From an uncultured virus (IMG/VR IMGVR_UViG_3300037537_001028) (Duplodnaviria; Heunggongvirae; Uroviricota; Caudoviricetes): a stretch of 64,000 bases of DNA. Of this stretch, positions 32,901 to 41,970 are shown one piece after another (position 1 is the first letter of the stretch; each line of letters begins with the position of its first letter). A program made the translations under genes and the position numbers. Below the pieces are notes generated by a model that saw only the letters and a program-made list of their open reading frames with translations, had not been told where the DNA came from and did not search any database. The stretch lies in the IMG/VR virus record IMGVR_UViG_3300037537_001028; one strand, given 5' to 3'.

Positions 32901-35900
32901 TTAGGCCCGACGCCACAACATATTTTAATTTTCAAATAGTAAATATATCTACGTATTCTATCTTAGTCTCCGTGGAGGGCTCTACAGCAGACGATCTTTT
33001 AGATAATCCGGGAATTGTTAGTGATCTCGAGGAAGAGGCGGAACTTTATAGGGATGGCAAGCTTCACCCCATGGTAGCGTATTCTGTTGAGCTTGCTAAC
33101 TTCAGTGTTTATCCGGAAGACACCCCTTATTACTTTAGGCATATATCTGCCGTAAACGACGAGCAGTTGGATATAGGCCACTCTTCTACATCTTTAGATG
33201 ACTCCATGGACTATCATGTGTTCGGAAAGCAGCTCTCTTTATCTTTATACGCTTATTATGACAAAATAACTTCGTCAGATGCTGAAGAGATAAACCTAAG
33301 GGCTCTTGTTGAAGAAGACTATACATTGAGTAAAAAGACAGAGATAGATTTAACTTCTGATAGTGAGTATTATAAGATTGTTGGGTTTGGTGCAGAAAAT
33401 GTTAGCAATATAAATATAATAAATACTGTTTATGAAAACATTAAAATATCTTCTGTCTTCGCTGTAGATGCTGGCTCTAATGCCCTTAGCGATGATAAGA
33501 AAAATTCTATAGCTGCTAAAATTTTATCATACTTTCCTGAGGAGACGGAGGAAGACGTTTACTATTTGTTGACTATGGGTGAGGGAACTGACTTTGGTAT
33601 TGTTTCGCCATATATATCGCAGACTGCTGCTGTTAATTATTTAAATAAAAATAAAGTCTTAAGCCTTGGCATACAAGATGTTATGACTTCCGAATTAGGT
33701 GGCTTTAGCGGGCCTTTTGGATTTTTCTTTGATGACAAAGGTGAGATGCAGCCGTTAGCTGATGAGTATGACCCGTATCAGATAACACTAAATGATGGAA
33801 AAGACGAGGATGGAAAAATAGGTTCTAATGTCCGTCTTTTAAAAGAGAAGTCTGTATCTTTGGATATCAGTGTCGCAGAAAGGTCGACGTTTAAGCATGT
33901 CTTTGCTGATCAACAAAATGTCTCTTTGCCTTCTAGGCAGGACATGCTCGAACTTAATAATATCTATTTTACGGTGGTGAATGCTTCTAGAAATTCATCC
34001 ATTCTCTCTTGTCCTGAAGGAGCCTCTGTGTTTGCTAATGTTACTATTGCTGCGGGGGCAGCTAAAAAGATTAAGTATAGCGATGGTGACTTTAGTGATG
34101 TGACTGGTGAGGATGATGGTGTAGAGGTGATTACTTTAAGCAATGCTATTTTCTCCTCTGACTCTGGGGTTTTCATAACTTCGAAGCAAAATTCAGCTTC
34201 AGGGGCTTTGGCTATACATAAGGATGTTGGTTCTATAAAAATAGTAAATAACAGCAAGTACTCTTTCCATGTTAAAAACTATAACGCCTCAAAGACAATA
34301 GAAGGAGCATCTACTTATGCTATACCTGCTTATACTTACTGTGATTTTAAAATAAACTCGTCAGAAAATTATATCATAGATAGTGACAATAGAAATGTGA
34401 AGCTGGACACTTTGAAAGATGGAGCTGTAGAGATATCAGCTTCAGTCTATAAGGATAAAGTCGTTCTTTTTAACGCTGAAAACGTAAAAGCATTCAACGT
34501 AACGGACAATGCTTATTTTGCTACTACTTTTGTACCACTTATCGTTTGGTCAAACGTTGACTCAAAGCTTCATAGAGGTGGTCAAACTGCGGATTTATCT
34601 AGACTCAAAAATTGGAGCACTAATTATGCTCTATTTAATAGGTATTCTGCTAGGCTAGACATATCTCATTCAAAACCAATAAAATTTAATCCATCTTTAT
34701 CAAACAAAATGGAAATAAAGACTCCTGTTTGTAATATGTTTGAGTTTATATTAGATGAGTCTATTAAAGACAAGGTTGTTTTATCTAATAAATATTACGA
34801 CTATATCTTTAAGCACGATCAGAGGACTGAATTTTGTCTGTACAATAAGGACAGAAGCCCTGTCAGGTTAAGAAAATTAGATTCAGATAATAATAATTTC
34901 AAAGACATGGGAGGGGATGAAAACGATTATGAAAGAGACCTGTTAACTGGTTCCACTAAATGCAAGGTCATGATTTCGTGTGCTCAAGAAGGCACAGGTA
35001 ATCCGACTGTAACGGAGCTACAAAGTTATACTGAGGTAGCAAGGGACGAAGACTCGGGTTTTGAAGAGTCGACTCTTTACAAAAACTTCTATTTAAATAA
35101 AGCCTTTTATAATGACAAAATAGTAATATTTAAAGATCCTTTTGACATTATATACTCAGCTAAAAAAGACAATACCCTGATAGGTAATATATCTAATAGT
35201 CAGTGTCAGATATTTGAAAATAAATTAGGAGTAGAGCATACTGCTTCCGAGGCAGAGGGCTCTTTGCCTGCCAACAAATCTATGAGGGCGTTGATGGTCG
35301 ATGATGAGAACCTAAGCCAGATGGATATACTTAGGCCAAAGCATTTACTAAGCGCTAAGAGTGAAATAACTGTGATAACTCAACCAGCGGACATAGAGTA
35401 TACGGGTACTGTTGATGGGTTGAAAATAATAAACGCCTCTAGCAAAACCGTTAACATTACAGCTGGCGGAGAAACTAACAAAATATATTCATCTGAAAAA
35501 ACTACGTTTACCAGTTCAGCAGAGCTTGATTATAATCTATGCCCAAGGTTCAATAGAAGAGATTGGTTTATTGGTTTGAAAGATGTTCATATTCCTCATC
35601 TACATAAAGACCCAGATTACTTTAATGAAGAAGAAGAAAACGCAGAATGGATAGTTAAAAAGAGGGGCTCTTTTAATGTTAACTATGTTGGGACTAGATA
35701 TAAGTTTTCCAACATGTTTAGGACTAATCTTTACTGGCCCTTGCCTTTGACTTCTGGCTACGAATCTATTAGTGAATTTAACAATCCTTATAAGTTTGGC
35801 GTAGTCTTGTATGGAGATAAGAAAGACTCTGCCTCCAGTCTATTGGACTATGGCATCGAACGCAAGGAGATTTACTACGATAGGGATTCATCTGACTATA

Positions 35901-38900
35901 TATTGAATGGTCTTAAGATCTCTTGGGATATGCCAGCAAGAACAATAGGCTATTCTATTAGTACTGGACACGAAAGGATCTGTTATTCCAAGGAGTTTAA
36001 CGAAAGAACAGGGCTGGTTACTGTATCTGGTATAGAGAGTGGCAGATATTATATATTAGAGGACTTCGATGGAAATTATCAAATTGGAGACGAGACTGTA
36101 CCTGTAAAGTATGACTTTGCTCCAACGGCTGTAAGGCAAGGACCCGACCACACTCATTATGCTTCTACTCCAGTAGTAGACTCCCATAGGTATAAAGACA
36201 TAGTATCTAAGGAATTCTTTCCTGTAATTTGGTATAATGGCAAAAGTTATTGGCCCGGAGAAAAATTTATAGGAGTCGCGGGTAAGGAAAGTTACCAAAT
36301 ACATTATAATTATTTTGCAATAGTCAAAGCTTCTCTATTCAAAGCTGAAGGAGTTGATGAGTCGGATTTGGCTATAAAAAATATAGCAGAAACAGAGACT
36401 AAAGCTCTAAACGAGGAGATAGCTAACAAGACTGACGATGATGATTACGTTGATCCTACTTGGACCAAGGTGTCGGAAGATTATCAAAAAGAGAATTTCT
36501 TCAATGGGAGACTTAATAACAAAGTGGCTAATGGGGCCTCCTATGAGTTAATACAAGGCAAAAAGTTAAAAGATATAGAAGGGGTTTTTAATAAGGATTA
36601 TTTTGAGTTTAAAATACCAAAAGATCCAGACTTGGATTTTTCCGAAAGCTTTTCTGACGTCATATGGACAAACCCAAGCTCTACTGACAAAGAGTACGTG
36701 CTTAGGGTAAACTTTGGGAAAGACAGCGAAATAGATAGCCCCGGACGCGAATACGAAATAAAAAGTAGCCTGTCTTTTACTAATAATACAGGGAAGGTTG
36801 TGCTGTCCATCTCTTTAGACGCTAGAGATTCTTTACCTTTTGTGGCAAGCGGAACTATAAGTAGTTTAAATCTTGACTTTAATACTGATGCAGGTCAGGA
36901 ATATGCGGCGAGAGAAGGTGGAGATACTCTTGACTCAGACATGACAAGGGTTCTCGCTATATCAGAAAGGGATAGGAAAAAAAGTTTAAAAAATCAACAA
37001 GGGTATTCCTTTCTTCCGTTTGGCATAAACCCTAGGACTGAGGAGCAACTTGGCCTTTCCTTTAATACATCCGAGGGCAAGCAGTCTTACAAGGCTATCA
37101 GGTTTAGGCTTAAAAAGCTTACGGAAAGGAAGCTGGTATTTGAAAACCTAAAGAAGGACTCTCAGATAGGTGCGTATCTAACTAATGAGAGCGAAACTGC
37201 TGGGTTAAAATATTATTTAGACACAGAAGTCAGCTCTATGTCTTACCACGATATATATAGACCGGGAGGGGTTTTGAAGCTCTCTGGTGAAAATAGAGAT
37301 TGGAGAACTATTGGAGCAAGCAGTGGTACTGAGGGAGTAGACGCTTACTTAAGCGGGACTCCTCAAAAACTTATAATTAGGGGGGCAATTTCAAATGGAG
37401 ACGCCGTTGTTTTCAAGGAGACTAACGGATCTATAATTGGAGGCAAGCCTTACTTTGCTAGGCTAACAGTTGCTCCTGTAACTAGTGGGAACGAATTAAA
37501 AACGACAATAACTTTATTAAAAATATTTAGCTCAGACTCTGATCTTGACTCCTTTAATAGGGTAGACGCGGATATAACTACGACAAACAAATTTAAGATA
37601 GTAAACTATTTTGATTTAGAGACAGAAGACGATGGAACTCATAGGTCTGTACCATCTTGCCTTAGTAATAAGTTCATTTACGGAAAAGCTGATTCTGACA
37701 GCCCTGTAACCTCGTTAAACTATCCAATTATAATAGGATCTAGAACTTTCTATCTAGAGCCACCGCTTAGTGAGGTGGACAGCGAGAGGGTAGATTCTTG
37801 GCAGAGTAGTAATGTATTTGATGGGTATAAGACGATAAGAGCTAATTTAGAACTCTCTACCATAGCTAAGCACTGGCATGGAGAAAATGGGAGTGGACAT
37901 GGTTTCGGAATAGGAACAGGGCTGATTTATGATTATGTAGAAGGGCCGAGCTTTCATTGGGCAAGTGAAAGTTTTAATATATTCTCTTCTTGGAAAAATT
38001 TATTATATAGATCTAACACTCAAATACAAAGAGTTAATTATTCCTCAGACTACAAAACTGTAACATTAAATATAAAGTTAAATACTAAGCAAGGATACAG
38101 GTACATATATAAGAAGAGTAGCGACATTAATTCTATTACTTTAAATGGCTCAGCTTTATCCGCTGATACTTCTGGCATGATTTTTAATACAAATGAGGAT
38201 CTGACGGTTGTTTTAAATTATGATGTTGCGAATGATGGGGACTTAGACGAGTTTTCATCAAAATGGGTGGGAGTAGATGGGAACTCTATAAGAAATAAAG
38301 TTTTTGAGAATCTATGTATAGTTGAGGAAGCAGATTGTATTATTGATTCTCCTGCTGAGACAGACGGAGATAACGGAGAAGATTTAGTTTACTCTTCTTA
38401 TTTCGATTATCAAATACCTATGCTAAATAAGGGAACCAGCGATAAATTTAAAAAAGTCTATAAGTCTTACTACACAGAAGGCTACGCCTCACTTCTATCT
38501 AACTCCCAGAAGGGTGAAAATCTTACTGCTTCAGGGCTTTCAGGGCTTGATGAATATGTCGCTCCTATATCTTCTAGTAAAGATTTTACTGCAGATTTGT
38601 TTTACGACATGGGTATGCCTGCGGTATGTAAATATATATATCCTTATGTTAATGTCACACCGGGGCGCAGTAGTTTAGATTTTCATATTACTGATTTTTG
38701 GGATGGCTTTGCAGATGGCTTTGGGGGATTAGAAGAGAAGCAGAGAACTAAACCAGTTCGCATTCGCTACGACTTAGAAAATAGCCCTGATGGGGTAAGT
38801 TGGAGCAGTGTAGAGGAGGGTTTAAGCCATAAAGGGAACAAATTTTCCATAGAAAGGGAGGGCATAGACGACAGTAAGAAATACAGGATGGTCATAACTG

Positions 38901-41614
38901 GCGTAGATATAAGCTATAAAGATAAGCATAGCGAAGCCTTATGGCAGTCTAAAGAAAAACAAATATCTCCAATGAGGTTGCCTTTCAAGTGGAGGTCTAT
39001 TATATATGACTCAGACTTGTCTGGAGATGGTATACTTAATGAAGAAATAGATCTATACCAACACTCTTTAAGCATGGTTGAAAATCCTGACATCAAGAAG
39101 TCGGTATCTTTTCCAGAAAGTGGTTTGGTTAAGTTTGGAAACTTTGATTTCAAAAAATATAATGAGGAGGTAGACTTAATCCTTCCTTGTTCGAGGCTGT
39201 ATATGTTTGACTTAGATCATAATATGAGGGCTAATTATAAAGACCCCATTAACCGAGGAGGCATATCTAAGGTTATGATAAGTGATTCCGGAGATAATTA
39301 CAGGACTCCTCCAACTATCTCCATAGCAGAGCCAGATAAAAAGCCGTCTCACTTTAGAAAAGCGCAGGCTAGCTCCATAATAGAAAACGGAAAATTAAAA
39401 TTTATAGAAGTAACTAATGCTGGCACTGGTTACGCCGATGTTGATGGTCTTAAGACGGTTAGGGTGGAGCAGTATAGATCTGATGTAACGCCTGTCATCA
39501 TGCATAATTTAAAGATAGCTAATCTTGCTGGTTCCCCTAATAAAGAAAGGGGCCTTGGTTACATATCAATTACTGATGTACCCGGTATAAAGCTATACAA
39601 AGCAACTATAACAGGAAACGAATCTTCGCTGCCTAAGGAAGAGCAGGAAGAATTTGGCTTGACTTACGAGGAGACAGAGAAAATAGCTGACTACACAGAG
39701 TACGAAGAGTTGAATAAAAGTGTCAACAGGGGCTCTGTGGATTTCATGAAAGGCTCAGCAGAAGATGATGAGGAATGGCTGGACATACAGGCTCAGGCCG
39801 ACAGAATCATGAAAATAAGAAACTTTGCTACTTCCTCTATAGAGCAAATAAAGGGTTCTCAGAATTATGGAAATTCTATGCCCGACGAGATTTCAGAAAT
39901 AAAGGGGACAGAGAGTGAGTATGTAGATGGCTTGTTTCAGGAGAACCAGACGGACTCTTCTTCTGTTGGGAATAGATCTGTAGAGGTTAAGTTCCAGCCC
40001 GGAAGTGATAAACCGTTTATTCAGTATGAGGTTTATCCGGACGTTGATCCCGGAGAGGCTTGGGCTTTAGCAAATAACTCATCTATAGCAGAGTATAGGG
40101 TTATAGATAACGAAATAGCTAGCAAGACGACTCCTTGGATAAGCTCTTTTTCTAGGGAGGACAATCCGTCCATGCCTCAGTCTTTTGGTATATCGCCGGG
40201 AGCTCCTATTACTGCAGAGGTCTTTAATACTTTTGCTAGAGCTGTTAACTTTTTACATAAGATACGAATAGAAGCTCCTTTATACGCAAAGGTAAGGAGG
40301 TTCAGTCAGGTTGAGTATAGATATATAAATAATCCAGATATGGCCGGGTTGACCTTTCCAGATGCCGAATCTGCAGGGGGAACTAATTCCGGCTATGGTC
40401 TCGGGGATGATGAGTACGATTATTTAACTTATAGCAATAAGTCTAGGATAAATTATATAGTTTATCTTGATCCCGACTCCAATAAAGTTAAAGTGGCTCA
40501 TTTTTCCGCGTTCGAAGGTGAGAAAGGTGGAGAGGGTGAGCTTAAAGGGGGAGCACAGATTGATTCAGGGAATCCAGAAAACATAACAAGCTACGACACT
40601 GATCTCGGAAGCCTGATATGGGATGATGTGGACGAGGAGTTAAGAGAAACTCCAGAGGCTAAGAAGTTCGAAGAAAAGGAGGCAGATGATAAAACTCCTA
40701 AGAGCATTGGCTTGCCAAGTAATGTAAATATACCTAAGAAATTGGGTGTCTACTGTAATCCTCCCATGGAGTATGGTGATCGTCCTATTAAAACAGAAGG
40801 TCTCCCTTTGCCTACTCCAATTAACAGAAGGGCTTACGCCTACGGGGGAGAGGTTGTTTACAAAAGTGAGATATTTGATGTAAGCAGCGACCTTTGGCCT
40901 CTCCGTCCTCCTGTCAAAGATTCCTCTTTAGGTAATTCTGCAGTTGACAGCACCCAATTTGATCCGGTTGAAGGTGGCGTGTTGGTTGATATAAGGGGCT
41001 CTGAGTACATAAAGGCTGGATACTCTAATCAGATAGTTTTCGGTTGTCAATCTAGAGACAAACCTTTCCTGTCTGCGTTTTTAAGAACGGTAAAAGTATG
41101 GACTGAGTATGAAGTTATTGCTTCTCCAGAGTTCACTAGGAGTCTCCCTGTTGGTTTAAAAGAAAAGTATAGACCAGAGGAATCTAAATTGAGGTGCTTC
41201 CTTGTAGAGGGCAGGTCTACATGTGAAGAGGCTAAAATAGGAGAAGTCTATAAAAGAAACGGAAGACACAGTCTTTGCGAAGACGGGGCTCAGCGTTCTT
41301 ACAATACCTCTTACACCTATGAGGATTTGTTTGATTTAAGTGAGGGAGATGACGTTATAGGGCCTAAAGAGACTTATGCGGAGTCGTCTTCTATTATACA
41401 GGCTCCCGCGAAAGGTATTTTTAAGGTTGAGCCTGAGTTTGATTTGGCTATGGCTGTTTACGGCTCTAACGAGTATCTGTATGCCGTTAGAAAAAGCTCA
41501 AAGGGGCACGGTAAGAATGCATACATGGGGCCTTGTATCCATAACTGCTACCCGGGCCAAGTAAAAACATTAAAAGTTAGCAATGATCCTCTAGTTTTTG
41601 ATTTGATGAAATGA
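23948..41614 (+). CDS. giant (5888 aa) tail fibre / adhesin-like virion protein
   Basis: Uninterrupted 17.7-kb ORF; acidic and beta-rich; clear LamG-like domain (~27040-27540); FN3-like YxLxxSxDGxxW motifs; many LP...(I/V)xN repeat units; C-terminal SGxxYxxxPxI..NAGxGY motif. Confidence 0.75.
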   Translation: MPENSSNITFVETIFGEDAAKDYPNYNYRLRLAGLTEFEPYISEAPRLSEETDEQYSARVLTSGRYFGEQEILVDDLIHSDININGLNLPSTFYDGKVPKTLLFLEKCRLINDGKEYEVTSKNLNDLNYVKSQPPTVIFPVDLSKSDKGYVVYRKTTSVNKGSSSNAKLMESVSGWYPITGFSNNDVRAIADGGSAKAIGFTDNNNHLDNVYRGETTQGSDEFYPWRPTSSPDGAAHYTGYESFQNELFTSYKIIDSGVLVNPPSSESELTRDRTIDVRVDPSKSYSLERKITRKSHNDTSNLAEWENIQHNVSFPYKDEDNLSDYIDTNINFEVSGIYDVVEPTGNHSDGRDYFEVPIVEDWGRSTIKNLSSNRERTDELVFRSGENIKVVQRSTYKESYSLKRDQFASVDVHFNPYSTGVSGSITGANNEKNFYQLEYQLLPNIKNNQKLHYEKISSSDASNISIGDEIFYNTGQEGGIYSPVSSNVFGATPSIIPEEKGVLREASMEPDISNIGASYQIGITGKIEPEIIPDRLHSGAGYSYFTSGEKYLVVPKGGYSTLFSDAYLEFDSAGENRKTFFHGEQNDNIDSHYTLAEYRTFNDYIPEETDQRTKEFIYNKEREVRINKQGLSLGDSATDLPDMTDGRNPIFLLDETYEKHSTIPTYKNANILNIDSSDGSIKLSNLKNNKLQFQERSNLFFEKNYIASQTILATGQKQSIEPLKQFIEDGKVYYLERDIYIDSDIRTQANTSSPIRRSDGEDLAFSPLSVSPNTPNPEALGEEKLYLTQVYHNNTEFPYKDFDYYNYQPTIAEEFTYSNNKKNIIDGFKIKNVSSEGSYVPGAYNCSLSDPTHNPNKDEGFSVLMNSGYDYAHAAGHSVSWPDGDSDELPVTFTPRDRNVYYEVQVRPDSISDWTTLSYAVDAHGDDTGNITVTLTHDTLITNKTEDTEIRVVEWAAGAILDNYEGVGLPNESPDSLVLKSTGGIGNTTTNRIYDASKTEFSINDNPESAGAITLIDEDWDGDSTNDIKAISFPGANDRYLSIPSHRSLNIQNGEFSLEFWIKAASGTGTIFERENGIKLSIDASTPSSTKLTVKLKGESFGAVIGDHDIGATSSWKHIALAKVKTAVRNEEEDFGQDKYRLYLYVDGKAQVLKKKQLYLECGYTDYSFDSSEVLTIGKGLNAELYQVRFYVGKSLHKGKTTDYSKTDFKVDSGKIRYRILKLKYNRAKSPKNDWIINRNQFENVGPPDNYLDPISDMSDETTFHTYEWLQGTLDTVDSRSRALVNYMQSYAYRAPNNPHINKNYEGKPIFRDSSGHISAFDGIVLDNYFFNVRDENRDSDNFNKGRAPYLYEFLDRGESMRSMRFAKKGGEDTSTIPLVSSDSASYSSASRLRITKYVYRLYTKHAVVVGDVGHKDSRGSQSGWDYQLQYSTDQGSVWTDVDSTESRKDYPIFYNDLEGLRSNSFDNIDNVTLLPTLVIKTDITEKYKPEDIEIRIKKKQNISISDGSLNTQVLKKVNLLPMEVTIPTSGTLLDLTQKAAGDKGQMEGAIDSPLDSQHYSVYDQANQVAVHLDSDTTYVVYKDPNESILFSSDVSDTLKVENVTMALDKTSTVTYTDIEDRKPYEVAGMTGLRVYGGSVSSLETVKSVIGPKPSGLSINRVEKSHGSIKTGENIILDARQTKVLYIPSVTGSHLDELENFDIYTANDSVPNESLIQFTCSSFTTGLSDSSIETGVSGVSYKPAYDFLNSPVMTGKFDVNADDVGKTFLVSGSNASGIFVGNNYHFDIVNIGPSTVKLFDSPDAAYSSPALTSSTEKARTIRVDSDGSFGSSGDEVSGVITVLPDIKVGEEVDESLVIVEDIGKVSVSNSNIDSACTLVNIFTGDCELVDGIAGRDGLGSLCGVSYNASAQRLNHIDSGVIVIDHDKIVLTENDVDITGVIDTNSTLVLPSGFASSEHVSFLNATDDEIKVVSESGYKIDSKSVDYIPRQTTRKFTCSKSESGGKTVRSWSTSNIEVVKYNQLNVKLSNNKEVFIHNEDVDVRVNSASTAEGFNFSVVRSQVNEINFDFLRDERTPIMRIFVDDYLEYSAPPGVIGVRVEKKSYGWSFTNISVITGSQIVIDPQSHGKIFSYAGSSEKMQLKFRQDTYPANFEFFFISANPSANITYFVESENNVYKFNNQEDSGYFKYKVSLSNKDLVRFAKSSHIIGQGSGGDNKFYIEFIGADVKNKSSNKYKFNQPSDAKERVLISRNEEFAIELPTLTDFDYDRGFALTFVNVAEGLSDTLYPAAAISDKSDITSVVKDSLEGFSASTYDYFEDEDVEIATNYDNFRSTPVDSFSSPALSDEDFLVLDGSLSEVALRSFFSEGKLNKYAPTSEDEAFQLSKVSLTGSNKFNLSNHGLVTNHKMVFPCDRLTLADYYFETSNWDSVKATFNGTIGSHSITEGDTLLVYDTQSNIYFRYVDNGADGSYRSLVEDDFTIPKPLIGTFNEDYHTFQWGSNGPLEAGKMFIRIGVGSNKESGGTPVEAGNIYDLYSDGLSSAAKKTTSNSIPFTFAAGSALDADVDEADLIAQTLFIKVVNENEFLLYSDKALSSPVTYSSASDYTFFSETFYTDIVDYGRVSIINLGGSQNIKAYSDDSTIVSSLGNKESVELFNASDGSYTQGGLAFSGVHTLIGLDGSVDSLDINKATAAAASKNQIITSGVFTAQAALTDNDFDNDYFINGGLDSVTIKNTQNSNTDVLLKNRAYKHAGNDAFTLQDQSKADRDIIYYPKNEIHIPDRANLGIANAQSQFTYTPAGGTKQALNFVFYTPSEDEEYNEDREIILPDAYTNLKQVAVVNVTNMPITARNFSRTASVVVNANAMLVISNADLSTTNTAYSLYGSLQEDDWGESYYSIFGYMFYLRSDSVVVSRGKLYDEDGYETTVERDTYIISREGDIILDYDTHNGKKIFVDSQPNFLRPYLYKTNGSGHYLNGTGENQIFRPDATTYFNFQIVNISTYSILVSVEGSTADDLLDNPGIVSDLEEEAELYRDGKLHPMVAYSVELANFSVYPEDTPYYFRHISAVNDEQLDIGHSSTSLDDSMDYHVFGKQLSLSLYAYYDKITSSDAEEINLRALVEEDYTLSKKTEIDLTSDSEYYKIVGFGAENVSNINIINTVYENIKISSVFAVDAGSNALSDDKKNSIAAKILSYFPEETEEDVYYLLTMGEGTDFGIVSPYISQTAAVNYLNKNKVLSLGIQDVMTSELGGFSGPFGFFFDDKGEMQPLADEYDPYQITLNDGKDEDGKIGSNVRLLKEKSVSLDISVAERSTFKHVFADQQNVSLPSRQDMLELNNIYFTVVNASRNSSILSCPEGASVFANVTIAAGAAKKIKYSDGDFSDVTGEDDGVEVITLSNAIFSSDSGVFITSKQNSASGALAIHKDVGSIKIVNNSKYSFHVKNYNASKTIEGASTYAIPAYTYCDFKINSSENYIIDSDNRNVKLDTLKDGAVEISASVYKDKVVLFNAENVKAFNVTDNAYFATTFVPLIVWSNVDSKLHRGGQTADLSRLKNWSTNYALFNRYSARLDISHSKPIKFNPSLSNKMEIKTPVCNMFEFILDESIKDKVVLSNKYYDYIFKHDQRTEFCLYNKDRSPVRLRKLDSDNNNFKDMGGDENDYERDLLTGSTKCKVMISCAQEGTGNPTVTELQSYTEVARDEDSGFEESTLYKNFYLNKAFYNDKIVIFKDPFDIIYSAKKDNTLIGNISNSQCQIFENKLGVEHTASEAEGSLPANKSMRALMVDDENLSQMDILRPKHLLSAKSEITVITQPADIEYTGTVDGLKIINASSKTVNITAGGETNKIYSSEKTTFTSSAELDYNLCPRFNRRDWFIGLKDVHIPHLHKDPDYFNEEEENAEWIVKKRGSFNVNYVGTRYKFSNMFRTNLYWPLPLTSGYESISEFNNPYKFGVVLYGDKKDSASSLLDYGIERKEIYYDRDSSDYILNGLKISWDMPARTIGYSISTGHERICYSKEFNERTGLVTVSGIESGRYYILEDFDGNYQIGDETVPVKYDFAPTAVRQGPDHTHYASTPVVDSHRYKDIVSKEFFPVIWYNGKSYWPGEKFIGVAGKESYQIHYNYFAIVKASLFKAEGVDESDLAIKNIAETETKALNEEIANKTDDDDYVDPTWTKVSEDYQKENFFNGRLNNKVANGASYELIQGKKLKDIEGVFNKDYFEFKIPKDPDLDFSESFSDVIWTNPSSTDKEYVLRVNFGKDSEIDSPGREYEIKSSLSFTNNTGKVVLSISLDARDSLPFVASGTISSLNLDFNTDAGQEYAAREGGDTLDSDMTRVLAISERDRKKSLKNQQGYSFLPFGINPRTEEQLGLSFNTSEGKQSYKAIRFRLKKLTERKLVFENLKKDSQIGAYLTNESETAGLKYYLDTEVSSMSYHDIYRPGGVLKLSGENRDWRTIGASSGTEGVDAYLSGTPQKLIIRGAISNGDAVVFKETNGSIIGGKPYFARLTVAPVTSGNELKTTITLLKIFSSDSDLDSFNRVDADITTTNKFKIVNYFDLETEDDGTHRSVPSCLSNKFIYGKADSDSPVTSLNYPIIIGSRTFYLEPPLSEVDSERVDSWQSSNVFDGYKTIRANLELSTIAKHWHGENGSGHGFGIGTGLIYDYVEGPSFHWASESFNIFSSWKNLLYRSNTQIQRVNYSSDYKTVTLNIKLNTKQGYRYIYKKSSDINSITLNGSALSADTSGMIFNTNEDLTVVLNYDVANDGDLDEFSSKWVGVDGNSIRNKVFENLCIVEEADCIIDSPAETDGDNGEDLVYSSYFDYQIPMLNKGTSDKFKKVYKSYYTEGYASLLSNSQKGENLTASGLSGLDEYVAPISSSKDFTADLFYDMGMPAVCKYIYPYVNVTPGRSSLDFHITDFWDGFADGFGGLEEKQRTKPVRIRYDLENSPDGVSWSSVEEGLSHKGNKFSIEREGIDDSKKYRMVITGVDISYKDKHSEALWQSKEKQISPMRLPFKWRSIIYDSDLSGDGILNEEIDLYQHSLSMVENPDIKKSVSFPESGLVKFGNFDFKKYNEEVDLILPCSRLYMFDLDHNMRANYKDPINRGGISKVMISDSGDNYRTPPTISIAEPDKKPSHFRKAQASSIIENGKLKFIEVTNAGTGYADVDGLKTVRVEQYRSDVTPVIMHNLKIANLAGSPNKERGLGYISITDVPGIKLYKATITGNESSLPKEEQEEFGLTYEETEKIADYTEYEELNKSVNRGSVDFMKGSAEDDEEWLDIQAQADRIMKIRNFATSSIEQIKGSQNYGNSMPDEISEIKGTESEYVDGLFQENQTDSSSVGNRSVEVKFQPGSDKPFIQYEVYPDVDPGEAWALANNSSIAEYRVIDNEIASKTTPWISSFSREDNPSMPQSFGISPGAPITAEVFNTFARAVNFLHKIRIEAPLYAKVRRFSQVEYRYINNPDMAGLTFPDAESAGGTNSGYGLGDDEYDYLTYSNKSRINYIVYLDPDSNKVKVAHFSAFEGEKGGEGELKGGAQIDSGNPENITSYDTDLGSLIWDDVDEELRETPEAKKFEEKEADDKTPKSIGLPSNVNIPKKLGVYCNPPMEYGDRPIKTEGLPLPTPINRRAYAYGGEVVYKSEIFDVSSDLWPLRPPVKDSSLGNSAVDSTQFDPVEGGVLVDIRGSEYIKAGYSNQIVFGCQSRDKPFLSAFLRTVKVWTEYEVIASPEFTRSLPVGLKEKYRPEESKLRCFLVEGRSTCEEAKIGEVYKRNGRHSLCEDGAQRSYNTSYTYEDLFDLSEGDDVIGPKETYAESSSIIQAPAKGIFKVEPEFDLAMAVYGSNEYLYAVRKSSKGHGKNAYMGPCIHNCYPGQVKTLKVSNDPLVFDLMK

Positions 41615-41970
41615 GTTTAAAAAATTTTTCAGGAGGCTCTTATGTCGAACCAGTTGGCTATGCTCAGGTAAACAGCTCAGGAAGAGAAAGGGGTTCTTTA
41701 AAAAAAGATTTTATAAAATTAGATAAAAAGAAGCTGCCCAGCAAGAAGGAGATGGCGGCTAACTTAGCTAAGAGCCTCTCTAAAACCGCAAAGGCTTTAG
41801 TGGCTGGAAAGAAGATAAAAGCGGAAATGTCTCTAATAGAGAAAAGGACCGCTATATGCCAAGGCTGCGCTTGGTTTATCAAAGAAAATCAAAGATGTGC
41901 TGAGTGCGGTTGTGTTATTCCGTTGAAGGTTTATTTAGCTGAGGAGTCTTGCCCTATTGGCAAGTGGTAG
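41611..41970 (+). CDS. small Cys-rich protein (DUF6171-like CxxC..CxxCGC..CPxxKW)
   Basis: RTAICQGC...RCAECGC...CPIGKW; overlaps the giant ORF stop (ATGA). Confidence 0.75.
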   Translation: MSLKNFSGGSYVEPVGYAQVNSSGRERGSLKKDFIKLDKKKLPSKKEMAANLAKSLSKTAKALVAGKKIKAEMSLIEKRTAICQGCAWFIKENQRCAECGCVIPLKVYLAEESCPIGKW

